64,000 bases of DNA from Acidobacteriota bacterium (GTDB taxonomy: Bacteria; Acidobacteriota; Thermoanaerobaculia; Multivoradales; Multivoraceae). Below the pieces are notes generated by a model. The model was not told the DNA's origin and searched no databases. It saw nothing but the letters and a program-made list of their open reading frames with translations. Shown here piece after piece: positions 42,145 to 51,050 of the stretch. Location of the stretch: contig JAPOXA010000165.1 in NCBI GenBank assembly GCA_026707325.1, positions 22,481 to 86,480 on the forward strand, written 5' to 3'. Position 1 is the stretch's first letter. Every line of letters begins with the position of its first letter. The position numbers were made by a program, and so were the translations under genes.

Positions 42145-42462
42145 CTACTCGCCGATGGCGACCTGGGCGGCGAACACCGCCAGTTCGGCATCGCGCTTCG
42201 ACCTGAATCGATCTTCGAGCATGATGTAGGTGTCTGTCAGAGTGCGGTACTGAGCGCGCCAGGGAGCCACCACGGGCTTTACGTCACGCCCCGGGATGTA
42301 GAGGTTCCGTTCCTTCCAGACTCGACCTATAACGAAGCCTGTGTGATCCTCGACCGGCTCGTAGACCTTCGCAGACCTCATGCTCCAGATATCGGGCTTT
42401 GGCATGGTCCGCTGGCGATCGGCATTCACGACGCACTGCTTCTTGTTGACGTAAAAGCCCAT
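42145..42462 (-). CDS. hypothetical protein
   Basis: Start MGFYVNKK overlapping upstream stop. Confidence 0.45.
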   Translation of the reverse strand: MGFYVNKKQCVVNADRQRTMPKPDIWSMRSAKVYEPVEDHTGFVIGRVWKERNLYIPGRDVKPVVAPWRAQYRTLTDTYIMLEDRFRSKRDAELAVFAAQVAIGE

Positions 42463-42971
42463 CAGCCAGCCTCCGGCGGTCCAGGAGCGACCGGGATGTA
42501 GTTGACCTCGTGACGGAACGCAGCTGTGGCCCGCTGCCACTCCCGGCCAAGCGACTCCTCACACTCGATCGCTTGCCGCAACAGCTTGGCGAGACAATCC
42601 GCGAGATCAGCCGGGTCTTCCTCATCGACGTTGACGCGATTCAGCGTCGCCATCGTGGTCTTGATCGCCGAGTCAAGCTGACGCAACCGCAGCAGATAGC
42701 CGGCCATGCCTTCGATGCGGTCACGAAGGTCACCGCCAAAACGGCGACGGTACGGCTCAACCGGATCATGCTCTTCATCCTGGTATACCCGTCCTTCACA
42801 GGTGGCGACCAACCGATAGATCGTGCACTTCCGACCTTCCGGGAAGCACTCTTGCGCAAACTCGACCGCGTCATCGACGCGAGCAAACATGCCAGCCTTG
42901 GTGCCGAGAGAACCTGCCTCGATCCAGTAGACGGACGGATCGCTCTCGATCTTCGTTTCTGTGGGGCTCAT
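42462..42971 (-). CDS. hypothetical protein whose ATG lies in the TnpB-element end
   Basis: MSPTETKIESDPSVYW...; ATG overlaps the tnpB TGA (ATGA) at 42968-42971. Confidence 0.5.
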   Translation of the reverse strand: MSPTETKIESDPSVYWIEAGSLGTKAGMFARVDDAVEFAQECFPEGRKCTIYRLVATCEGRVYQDEEHDPVEPYRRRFGGDLRDRIEGMAGYLLRLRQLDSAIKTTMATLNRVNVDEEDPADLADCLAKLLRQAIECEESLGREWQRATAAFRHEVNYIPVAPGPPEAG

Positions 42972-44207
42972 ACCGAAAGATTGACGGCGGAAGCCGCCAG
43001 CCTCAACGGCATGTATTGACGGATCACCGAGGTGGCCAGCGCCAACGCCTCTCCCCGCCCAGTTGCCCCTGCTCCAGAGGCCAGTATGTTGCGAGCAGCG
43101 TTCAGGTCCGCGTGATCGCGGTACCCGCACTCGCAACGAAACACGGTTCGACGACGCTCACCGCGAGCGCCGCAACCAGCACAAGACACCGAAGTGCCGG
43201 ATGGGTTCACCGCAACCGTAGAGGCGGCCTTGTAGCCGATCTTGGCGAGCAGTCCACCCCAGCCTGGCTTGAGGTTCTCACGGTTCAGGCCATGCTTGCC
43301 GCGACCCTTGCGGGACATCGCCTTGACCTTCAGCGCCTCATGGCAGACGAGACCAGCGGTGTCCGCAAGGCAACGACTGACGTGATGCTGCCAGTTCTTT
43401 CGCACGTTCCGCAGCTTCCGCTCGGTCTTGGCCTTCCGGTAACGAGCCACGGCCCGACGACCGGAACCCTTCTTCCGACGAGACATCATCCGCTGATACC
43501 GCTTCTTCCGCGCTTCCAGACGATTCACGTCCGTGAACGGCATGATCTGGCCGGTAGAGCAGGCCACAGCGCGGCTCGCGTGGTTCAGGTCGATGCCGAT
43601 GGACAAGCCGTTGTCTTCCGGCTCCTCGTCCGGCACCGAGTAGCAGACCGTCGCGTAGTACCGCCCAAGCTCTCGTTTCACGACCACCTTCACCGGGTCG
43701 CCGTCAGGATACGGATTCGAGCCGACGATCTGGACCCATCCGAGCTTCGGTATCCACAGGCGGCCGGAGCGGATGCGGATGTCCTGCGGGATCGTGAACG
43801 TGTCGTTCCAACGCTTGAAACGAGGATGACCACCTTGACCCTTGAAGTAGCGAGACCACGCCTCCGACTGATACTTAAGCGAGTACCGGACCACACCGAA
43901 CGGCTGCTCAGACAACCACGGGTGCTCACGACGAAGACCAGGCATCCGCTTGCCGAGAGCGAAGAACGAGGTTGAAGGCTTCTCCACGCCGTACATCTCG
44001 TGCAGAAGCATGTCCTCTTCGTTCTCCGAAAGAACCTTGTTCCAGACGAAGCGGCACGCCTGCATCACACCATCGAGACGAGACGCCATGCCCCGGCTGC
44101 CTGGACGCAAGCGGTAAATCACCTGACGGTGCATTCCGTTCATTGTACTAGAGTTGACGTCAGTTGTACACCGCATCGGAGACGGTCTACCTTGCGGTAT
44201 AAGCCCC
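42963..44207 (-). mobile_element. TnpB-only IS element, copy 1 (1245 bp)
   Basis: Ends GGGGCTTATACCG(C/A)AAGGT(A/T)GAC inverted; internal promoter TGTACA-17-TACAAT at 44142-44170. Confidence 0.8.
42968..44143 (-). CDS. tnpB: TnpB RNA-guided endonuclease, RuvC residues intact
   Basis: SIGIDLN, VCHEALKVKAM, CAGCG...CECG, HADLNAARNI; start MNGMHRQ. Confidence 0.88.
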   Translation of the reverse strand: MNGMHRQVIYRLRPGSRGMASRLDGVMQACRFVWNKVLSENEEDMLLHEMYGVEKPSTSFFALGKRMPGLRREHPWLSEQPFGVVRYSLKYQSEAWSRYFKGQGGHPRFKRWNDTFTIPQDIRIRSGRLWIPKLGWVQIVGSNPYPDGDPVKVVVKRELGRYYATVCYSVPDEEPEDNGLSIGIDLNHASRAVACSTGQIMPFTDVNRLEARKKRYQRMMSRRKKGSGRRAVARYRKAKTERKLRNVRKNWQHHVSRCLADTAGLVCHEALKVKAMSRKGRGKHGLNRENLKPGWGGLLAKIGYKAASTVAVNPSGTSVSCAGCGARGERRRTVFRCECGYRDHADLNAARNILASGAGATGRGEALALATSVIRQYMPLRLAASAVNLSV

Positions 44208-44254
44208 GGACGAGTCCTTGCGTATAGCGATTGTCCACTGCTAGTCTCGAACCC

Positions 44255-44458
44255 ATGAAGTGCGAAGTCTGCCCGAAAGAGATCCCGCCCGAACGTCTAG
44301 AGGTTCAGCCGAAAACGAAGACGTGCTCAGCCGTCTGCACCAAGGAACGGCAGCGCCGGATGAACCGACTGCTCTCGCGAAAGAGACGCGAGAAGCAGCG
44401 CATCCTTCGCCGGCGCAAGAAGCAGGCGATGGAACGGAAGGCTGCGTCAGGCGACTAG
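44255..44458 (+). CDS. small Zn-ribbon protein with basic tail (family member)
   Basis: MKCEVCPKEIPPERLEVQPKTKTCSAVCTKERQRR; + strand, 48 nt from the element end. Confidence 0.5.
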   Translation: MKCEVCPKEIPPERLEVQPKTKTCSAVCTKERQRRMNRLLSRKRREKQRILRRRKKQAMERKAASGD

Positions 44459-44469
44459 ACCGGTAGTTG

Positions 44470-45126
44470 TCACGGCTCTTCGTTGACCCCCAGTCGCTGG
44501 AGCAACCCGTTCGCGATCTGTTCCGAGTCTTCGCCGTAGTCAGCAGCAAGACTCGTGAGCAGCGATTCCAGTTCCTCCTTGGTGATCTTGAACCGATACG
44601 GCCCGATCACCGCGTTCAGGCCGGCCTCGCGCTTCTTGGGCTTGACTGGCTCGGCCTCTTCTTCCGCTTCGTCAGCCGCCTCATCTTCTAAGCCAGCTTC
44701 CCATTCCAGTTCGTCTGTGAACGCATCGGCCGGGAACCATTCCTCAATCTCGACAGCCTCGGCAACCTCTGGAACCGTGGCGGCAAGGTCAACCTCTTTC
44801 AGTTCTTCGAGTTCGGTTTCCAGCCGGTCGAAGTCCCACTGTGAATACTCGAGGATGCGATTGTCGATGATCCGAAGCGCCCTGATCTCTTCGTCGCCCA
44901 GGTTATCGGCGACGTGCACCGGCAGCGTTTCCATCTCGAGACGCTGCGCGGCGCGGAACGTGACGTGGCCCATGCAAATGACGTGATCCTTGTCGAGCAC
45001 AATCGCCTGACGCACTCCGAAGGTTTGCATCGACCGGGCAACCGCTTCGACTGCCTCTTCGGTGATCAGCCGCGGATTCCGGTCGTACTCCCGAATCTCC
45101 GAGAGCGGCATGTCTACCACCTTCAT
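44470..45126 (-). CDS. ParB N-terminal (ParB/Srx) domain protein
   Basis: LSEIREYDRNPRLITEEAVEAVARSMQTFGVRQAIVL...GHVTFRAAQRL; acidic C-terminal half. Confidence 0.8.
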   Translation of the reverse strand: MKVVDMPLSEIREYDRNPRLITEEAVEAVARSMQTFGVRQAIVLDKDHVICMGHVTFRAAQRLEMETLPVHVADNLGDEEIRALRIIDNRILEYSQWDFDRLETELEELKEVDLAATVPEVAEAVEIEEWFPADAFTDELEWEAGLEDEAADEAEEEAEPVKPKKREAGLNAVIGPYRFKITKEELESLLTSLAADYGEDSEQIANGLLQRLGVNEEP

Positions 45127-45671
45127 GCCGTGGCCTCCTTGTTCACCAGCGACCTGAACATCCGGCGCTTCAACTCAGCCTCAGCGTCTTCCATCAACGG
45201 ATACTCCTTATCGAAGGCCCAGACCCAGGACACGATCTCGTCCAGCTTCTCGAGGCGGATCTTGCTGCCGATGCTGATGTACCAGCGCGGCTGCTCGTCT
45301 TCCCAGAGGCGCATCACTTCCAGGTCCTCCTGGAGGTTCAGCGAGTCGATCTCACGCTGCAAACCGAACGGGTCCCAGCGGGCGAACTCGGCGCTGCGAT
45401 TGTCGACGAGCCGGTAAGCCTTGATCTGCTCGGGCGTCAGTTCCGACGCGACATGCACCGGAAGCTTCTTGATGCCGAGCTTCTTGGCGGCAACCAATCG
45501 AGCGTGACCAGCAACGATGACGCCCTCCTCGTCCACGACAATGCATCGGCGTATACCGAACCTGTCGATCGACTCGGCAACTGCCGAGATCAAGGTATCC
45601 TGGAGAAACCTCGGGTTGTTATGGTATGGGATCACCTTGTCGATGTCCCACATTTCGATCTTGAAGCTCAT
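45123..45671 (-). CDS. ParB N-terminal (ParB/Srx) domain protein
   Basis: IDKVIPYHNNPRFL...SIDRFGIRRCIVVDEEGVIVAGHARLVAAKKLG. Confidence 0.8.
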   Translation of the reverse strand: MSFKIEMWDIDKVIPYHNNPRFLQDTLISAVAESIDRFGIRRCIVVDEEGVIVAGHARLVAAKKLGIKKLPVHVASELTPEQIKAYRLVDNRSAEFARWDPFGLQREIDSLNLQEDLEVMRLWEDEQPRWYISIGSKIRLEKLDEIVSWVWAFDKEYPLMEDAEAELKRRMFRSLVNKEATA

Positions 45672-45847
45672 ACTGTTAGCTCCGCCGCTGGTTGGCAGCC
45701 GGCCAACGGCACAGATTGACGGATAACGGAGGTGGCGAGCGCCTTGCCGGCTTCGCCGGGCCGCTGCCCCGGCTGCCTGGACGCAAGCGGTAAATCACCT
45801 GACGGTACATTCCGTTCATTGTACTAGAGTTGGCCTCAGTTGTCCAC
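45669..45847 (-). mobile_element. internally deleted TnpB-element remnant
   Basis: Keeps promoter TGGACA-17-TACAAT (45818-45846), first about 20 tnpB codons and about 110 nt of the right end; outermost left end missing. Confidence 0.7.
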
Positions 45848-46489
45848 GCGGCCAGGGTAGCAGGTGAACCAAAAGTAGTCGGTCCGGCCTGCGATCTTGT
45901 GCAGACGGGGAATACCGCCGTAGCGCCGCATCCAGGCTTCCGTCTCCATCCGGAACTTGTCTAGCTGCTCGTGTGCCGCGCGCTGGTTGAGAACGGGTGC
46001 ATACTCCATCGCCCTCCAACTGAACGGGCGTCGTCGGCGCGAGATCGCAATGCGGATGCTCACCGTCAGGATAACCTCCACCTTCTCGGTGAAGCGAGCC
46101 CGCTTCATGAAGTGCATCACGGCCCGGAACGGGTTGCTGTACGCGTCGAAGTCCGCGTAGCCGAACTCGACGTCAGACGGGAACGGCAACTGCTCCGCCG
46201 CCTTGTGGATCATGTGGGAGCCCGGGAAAGCGGTCCGGCAGTGCAGCGCAGCGGCCTTCTTGATGTCACAGCCGTAGATGCGACCTGGAGGGTACGGCAC
46301 GAGCTTTCCCAGTTCGCCGTAGCCAGAGAACGGCATGAAGATAGCTGATTCCGGGTCAGCCTCGGCGAGAGCCTGACGCCTCATACCCACCTTCGAGGCG
46401 ATGTCCTGCGAACTGGTCTTCCGGGCGTAGACGACGAGATCCGATTCCTTTGGGGCGCTGGCACCCCCCAGTCTGGTTCGCCGTGCCAT
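45836..46489 (-). CDS. putative methyltransferase-like partner of the Gp37/Gp68 protein (TcmP-like?)
   Basis: FMPFSGYGELG and YADFDAYSNPF resemble SAM-MTase motifs I and IV; directly downstream of the DUF5131 gene. Confidence 0.4.
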   Translation of the reverse strand: MARRTRLGGASAPKESDLVVYARKTSSQDIASKVGMRRQALAEADPESAIFMPFSGYGELGKLVPYPPGRIYGCDIKKAAALHCRTAFPGSHMIHKAAEQLPFPSDVEFGYADFDAYSNPFRAVMHFMKRARFTEKVEVILTVSIRIAISRRRRPFSWRAMEYAPVLNQRAAHEQLDKFRMETEAWMRRYGGIPRLHKIAGRTDYFWFTCYPGRVDN

Positions 46490-46494
46490 TGCCT

Positions 46495-48364
46495 CTACAC
46501 GAACAGTGCTGCCTGCGGCTCTGGCTCAGGAACCAGACCGGGAACCGGAAGGGCGCTCGGGGGAATCTGGCGGATGATCTCACCGTCGATGCGTCCGCCG
46601 CCCTTGCCGTCCTTGTCGAGTTTCCTGGCTTCGGCCGTCGTCATGCCTACCTCTCTGACAAGCGGGTTGCTCAGATAGGTGCCCCATTGCTTGAAGAAGA
46701 AGGCAACGCCAAGCTCTGCACACTCGTCACGGTTTTGCCTTGCCCACTCAGGCTTGTTCGTGCGAGCCCCTGGCCCGCTCTCTCCACCGTAGATGGACAG
46801 GTCCGGGTACGTCGAGTGGTCCTTCATGCTGATCGGACCTAGAGCTGGCTCGTAGCTGATGAAGCGGATGGCGGCTGGAACTGCGGCAAGGATCGGCCAG
46901 CGAAGATCGTAGTGATTCTGGTCCTCAGCCGAGATGCCGAGCCAGACGTTCTTGTAGCCGAAGCCCCAGTCGTCTGGAAGCATCCGCTCGATCGACTGCG
47001 GCCTCTTGGTCAGCAGCAGCCAGTCGAGGTTCGGAGTCTCGCGAATGAGTGGCCAGAGGTCTTCACGGGCACCTTCCGGCGCTCTCGAGTCGAAGACGTC
47101 GGCGAGGCTCGCGCAGAAGACTCGGTGGCGACGCCGCTCCTTCTCAGCCTTGCGATTCCAGGATAGCGGCTTGCGCCAGTAGGATGCCGATGTCCGTTTG
47201 CGGGCACCCTTCGGCCCCCACGTCGACCAACCGTAGCGGTTCGCTAGCGATTCTGCGTAGCAGTTGTGGGTGACGAAGCCGTTCGCCATGAACGTCCTGG
47301 TGCTGGTCTGGATGTCGATCAACTCTCTGTTGCCCAGTGCAGACAGGCCAGTAACTGGCGACTCCCTTGCAAGAAGACGATGCCCAAGACATGAATCTGT
47401 CTTGTAAGAGAGAGCTGGCTGCGTCATGCCGAAGAAGCGGCCACGCTCAGCGACATCTCCATAAAGCCGAGCGTGACCGCAGTGGCCAACGTAAGCTTCA
47501 ACTCGGAAGTCAAAACCCAGACAAACGCCTGCGTCGACTACTCGGCCAAGAAGCTCGTGGTCAGTATTGCCAATCGTCAGGCTGCTGAGCTTTCTCCCAC
47601 TGGACAAGTAGCTGCCGGATGACCCTTCGGCGTCGAACATTCCAGCCAGCCAGCCGCGATCGTAGTCGTTGTTACGTGGACACTCCATAGCTGACTTGAC
47701 CCGAAGAAGAGAATCCGGCCTCCTTGATTCAACCTTGAGCATCTCACTTCCGGTGCCGCCATCAAACCCTTGGACCTCCAAGTCAACAGCCCAGAGATCA
47801 CTGAAGTAGCACACCAGACGCTCCAGAATCTCTATCTGGTCGGCAGCAATAGCGACACGCCAATAGGACTGCCTGGATTCCGAGCTCCTGAACGTACCAT
47901 CGCCAGCCGTCATGCCAGCTATGTAGCCTCGCTTGTAGTCGTTCGACTTCTGCTCTCTAGCTACACAATGGATGTAGCGCAGCCTATGTCCAAGCTGGAA
48001 AGCGCTCGGATTCCTCCAGCGCCAACGGCCGCCTCCTGGCGGAGACGCCCAGAAAGGATGATCTGTGGAAGCGACGATCGACCCGTCAAGAGTAGAGAGT
48101 TCAACAGCCGGCTTCTTTACCGACCAAATCTTCTCGACTACCGAAACTTCCAATGCCTTACTAGCACTGCTCTCGGGAATAGCCAAAAGCTCGTCGCCGG
48201 TCTTGACGTCCCGGAGTGGCCTCCACGTCCAATCGCGGTACAGAATAAGAGTGTCAGGATCTAAGCAATGATCGCAACCCGCGCTGACCTTGGAACAGCC
48301 GATCCAAGGGTTAATTCCAGGTGCTGTCCGACCACTCTATCTTTGTGACCTCACCCATCGGCAT
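46495..48364 (-). CDS. Gp37/Gp68 (DUF5131) family protein with a LAGLIDADG intein and a +1 frame break near the 5' end
   Basis: MPMGEVTKIEWSDSTWN stop, then +1 frame NPWIGCSKVSAGCDH|C-intein-N|CYAESLANRYGW... Confidence 0.75.
47263..48267 (-). other. intein (335 codons) with LAGLIDADG endonuclease domain
   Basis: Starts CLDPDTLIL, YIAGMTAGDGTF and WLAGMFDAEGS motifs, ends NGFVTHN followed by C. Confidence 0.8.
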
Positions 48365-48417
48365 CACCACCCCTCGACGGCACGAAGGTGCCGTGACTGT
48401 TTGCTTTCATGCCTTGG

Positions 48418-48446
48418 AGTGTATACGAGTAGATCGCAGTTGTCCA
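48418..48446 (-). promoter_or_regulatory. class B-type promoter without leader box
   Basis: -35 TGGACA (48441-48446), 17 nt, -10 TACACT (48418-48423); 54 nt upstream of the ATG at 48364. Confidence 0.5.
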
Positions 48447-48531
48447 CTCAGGTGTTGGGCGTAGATTTTGCCGTGCCCCAGATTGGCCGCGATCCTGACG
48501 TCCCGGACCGGAATGTCCTTTGCTGCCCAAG

Positions 48532-48651
48532 TCATCGAGGATACGACCACTTCTTCGTACAGCCGCAGGTGCCGCACTGGTGGCAGCCGCCGCAACCACA
48601 GCAAAGCGTGTAGTGCCCACAGGAGCCGCAGCGGATCGTCGTGATGGTCAT
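48532..48651 (-). CDS. 39-aa cysteine-rich micro-ORF
   Basis: MTITTIRCGSCGHYTLCCGCGGCHQCGTCGCTKKWSYPR; ATG overlaps the upstream stop; below the track cut-off. Confidence 0.3.
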   Translation of the reverse strand: MTITTIRCGSCGHYTLCCGCGGCHQCGTCGCTKKWSYPR

Positions 48652-48887
48652 CCGCGCACCTGATTCGACAGCCACCCGAGAACCGTCTCAGCGATGTGGG
48701 AAGGTCCGCCGATCACGCCCCAGGAATGCTGGCCGCCGACGCCAGAACAGAACCCGCGGGCAACGCGAGCGTCGTCCGGTGCTACCTCCGAACGCACGAA
48801 CTCGAGCGAGGCCGCGTGGCAGTTCTTGGCCCAGGGCTCAAGGCTGACTCCGACTGCCTCGATGATCTGCTTGTCTTCAAGCTGCAT
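48648..48887 (-). CDS. hypothetical protein
   Basis: Start MQLEDKQ. Confidence 0.4.
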   Translation of the reverse strand: MQLEDKQIIEAVGVSLEPWAKNCHAASLEFVRSEVAPDDARVARGFCSGVGGQHSWGVIGGPSHIAETVLGWLSNQVRG

Positions 48888-50712
48888 TCCGCCCCTCCAA
48901 TAGTTCGAGCATCGCCGCGATTCCAGGGATGATCGACAGGTAGTTCGACCGGGCCTCGCGGTTCTCCATGTAGTAGACAAGGTCTTCGGGATCCGCTTCC
49001 TTGAGCCGCAGATGGGTGAAGCTCTGACCCCAGCCGTCGTTACTTGACTCTGGCAGCATCACCTTGGCGTCGAACTCGCGCTCGCGGTAGCTCCACTTCC
49101 GATACCACCCGTCTGTGTCGTGGTAGCCCCAAGAGCCACCTTCGACTGGAACCTTGATGTAGTGGCGATCCTTCTGCCGCCGCGCGATGCTGACGCCGAT
49201 CCGCTCCTTGGGCGTGAAGTACCGCTCAGGGTTATGCCAGTGGCGACTCCAGCATCCAGGCGCGTTCTCGGCGGTGATCAGCTTGTCCCAGTAGCAGGCG
49301 ACCTCGTCGCCGCTCTCGATCTTGTCGTTGTGGTACTTGATCCACTGCCAGAAGTTGGGCCGACCATCGGCGAGCACTTTCTCCTTGTCGTGGACGAACC
49401 GGAAGAAGCGTTCCTGCGACTCGATGGAGTACAGATTGGGCCGGCCTCCCTCGAACTGACCTAGAAGGCCCAGCCGATCGCTCAGACCTGACAGCAGGAT
49501 CAGGATGCGTCGGTAGTACAGCGCGAGTTCGTCGGCCTCGTGCTTCTTTCCGGGATACTCCAGGCTCTCAGGTGTGATCACGTATGCCTTGCGCTTGAAG
49601 AACGAGTCGCCCTTGACGTGGAACGGCTCCTCGAACTCACCTTCGTTCGGGAACAACTGGTGCATGATCTTTATGCTAGAGAACACGGCGTGAAGGTTCT
49701 CGCCGTCTCGGATCAGCAGGAATGCGCGCTTGTACTCCTTGTTCAGGTTCGCTTCCAGCCACGGGTCTTTCGTGCCGTAGTCCTTGAGATTGCGTCGGAT
49801 CTGCATGGCCACAACGGCTCGCTCAGCCGGAATGACGCGCTCGACCAGCTTCGGGTCCTCATTGAGTTGCTTCCCGAATGCCTGCATGTCCCTGAAATCC
49901 GCTCCGCCCCGATGAAGGTGGATCAGCGATTCCTCGTCCATGTAGAGACGGCGCTGGAACAGGCAGACAGGCTCCGACGGCTTCGCGCCGGTGCCTTCCT
50001 TGAAGGTGCGCACCACGACGCCGTTGCCCGTATAGAGGCCGATGGTTTGGAGCTTGGAGCTGATCTTCTTGAGCTGGCCTTGCACGGCGTCGCTCATGAT
50101 CTCTGCCACCATCGACTGTTCTTCGAGGAACTTCCGCACCGGCTCCATTGAGGCTTCGACCCGTTCGAGTTGAGCGGTGGCATCCTCCGCGTAGGCGGTC
50201 AGCTTCACCATCGAGTCTTGAGCCTTTTCCACTGACTCCAGATTGGTCGGTGCAGCCGGATTGCTCGGCAGAAGGGCCAGTTGATCGTTGACTTCGCTTT
50301 GGGCAGCCGCAAGCAATCTCTGGCGCTTGACCGCACCTTCAGGATCGTGCTCGTATTCGTCGATGAAATCGTCAACGAGATAGCGACGGTGCTGGTCCAT
50401 GTAGCGATCGCGACCGCCCCAGTTGTCGTACTTCCTCCACAGATCGGGATGCTGCACAACGGTAACGCTGTGCGGCTCCTTGTCGACGGTATGGACCTTC
50501 GACAGGATCACGAGTTCGCCGGCCGCAGCTTCGCGGCCGTGGCGAGCTTTCCAGTACGACCCGAGCGGGAGTTCGACATACGAATCGACCCGCTCCACCG
50601 TCTGGAGCTTGGCAATCTCAGTGGTCACCGAGACACCGACGATTGAGTCTAGGCGACTCTCCGGTCTTGTTCCGCGGACGATCGACTGGAGAACGATGGC
50701 GTGAACAACCAT
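48877..50712 (-). CDS. large hypothetical protein (about 610 aa)
   Basis: Long ORF with normal composition; start uncertain (ATG 50712 or downstream GTG). Confidence 0.55.
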   Translation of the reverse strand: MVVHAIVLQSIVRGTRPESRLDSIVGVSVTTEIAKLQTVERVDSYVELPLGSYWKARHGREAAAGELVILSKVHTVDKEPHSVTVVQHPDLWRKYDNWGGRDRYMDQHRRYLVDDFIDEYEHDPEGAVKRQRLLAAAQSEVNDQLALLPSNPAAPTNLESVEKAQDSMVKLTAYAEDATAQLERVEASMEPVRKFLEEQSMVAEIMSDAVQGQLKKISSKLQTIGLYTGNGVVVRTFKEGTGAKPSEPVCLFQRRLYMDEESLIHLHRGGADFRDMQAFGKQLNEDPKLVERVIPAERAVVAMQIRRNLKDYGTKDPWLEANLNKEYKRAFLLIRDGENLHAVFSSIKIMHQLFPNEGEFEEPFHVKGDSFFKRKAYVITPESLEYPGKKHEADELALYYRRILILLSGLSDRLGLLGQFEGGRPNLYSIESQERFFRFVHDKEKVLADGRPNFWQWIKYHNDKIESGDEVACYWDKLITAENAPGCWSRHWHNPERYFTPKERIGVSIARRQKDRHYIKVPVEGGSWGYHDTDGWYRKWSYREREFDAKVMLPESSNDGWGQSFTHLRLKEADPEDLVYYMENREARSNYLSIIPGIAAMLELLEGRNAA

Positions 50713-50975
50713 TGCTCGAATCCGTCGCCGATGAAGCCATTGGACTCCACCCACTCGCGTAGTGGCCGAGTGCGCCTGAGAAGGCCGTAGGCCCTCTCTG
50801 CGGCTGCCTTCCAGGAGACCCGGCCCGGCTGGACTACTCGCTGCACTTTGAGTCCGTCAGCGTCCATCTCTCCGCACTCGATGAGTGCCTGACGGAGCTC
50901 GCCCTCACGCTCTTCGGCGCGGGTCAGTTCGGTCTTGGCCTCAAGCCAGTCCTGGGCCAGTTGAGCCCTGTCCAT
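50649..50975 (-). CDS. hypothetical protein
   Basis: Start MDRAQLAQDW after GGGGGAAAG. Confidence 0.45.
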   Translation of the reverse strand: MDRAQLAQDWLEAKTELTRAEEREGELRQALIECGEMDADGLKVQRVVQPGRVSWKAAAERAYGLLRRTRPLREWVESNGFIGDGFEQWLFTPSFSSRSSAEQDRRVA

Positions 50976-51006
50976 CTTTCCCCCTTTCTGCCTCTGCATA
51001 CAGCAG

Positions 51007-51050
51007 GTTCAACGTGAGAGAAGTATGGCAGAGGGGGTCCCGGTTGTCCA
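51007..51050 (-). promoter_or_regulatory. class A promoter-leader module
   Basis: -35 TGGACA, 17 nt, -10 CATACT, CGTTGAAC box. Confidence 0.55.

Noticed and set aside
42972-43136. N-terminal extensions MRVRVPRSRGPERCSQ... of 42462..43136 and 52109..52816
   Set aside because: They are out-of-frame readings of the tnpB 3' end or element terminus. The starts were trimmed to the ATG at the element boundary.
43016-43975. 319-aa + strand ORF, with equivalents at 52627..53439 and 58192..59220
   Set aside because: They are antisense shadows of the three tnpB genes. tnpB has clear catalytic motifs and the shadows have none.
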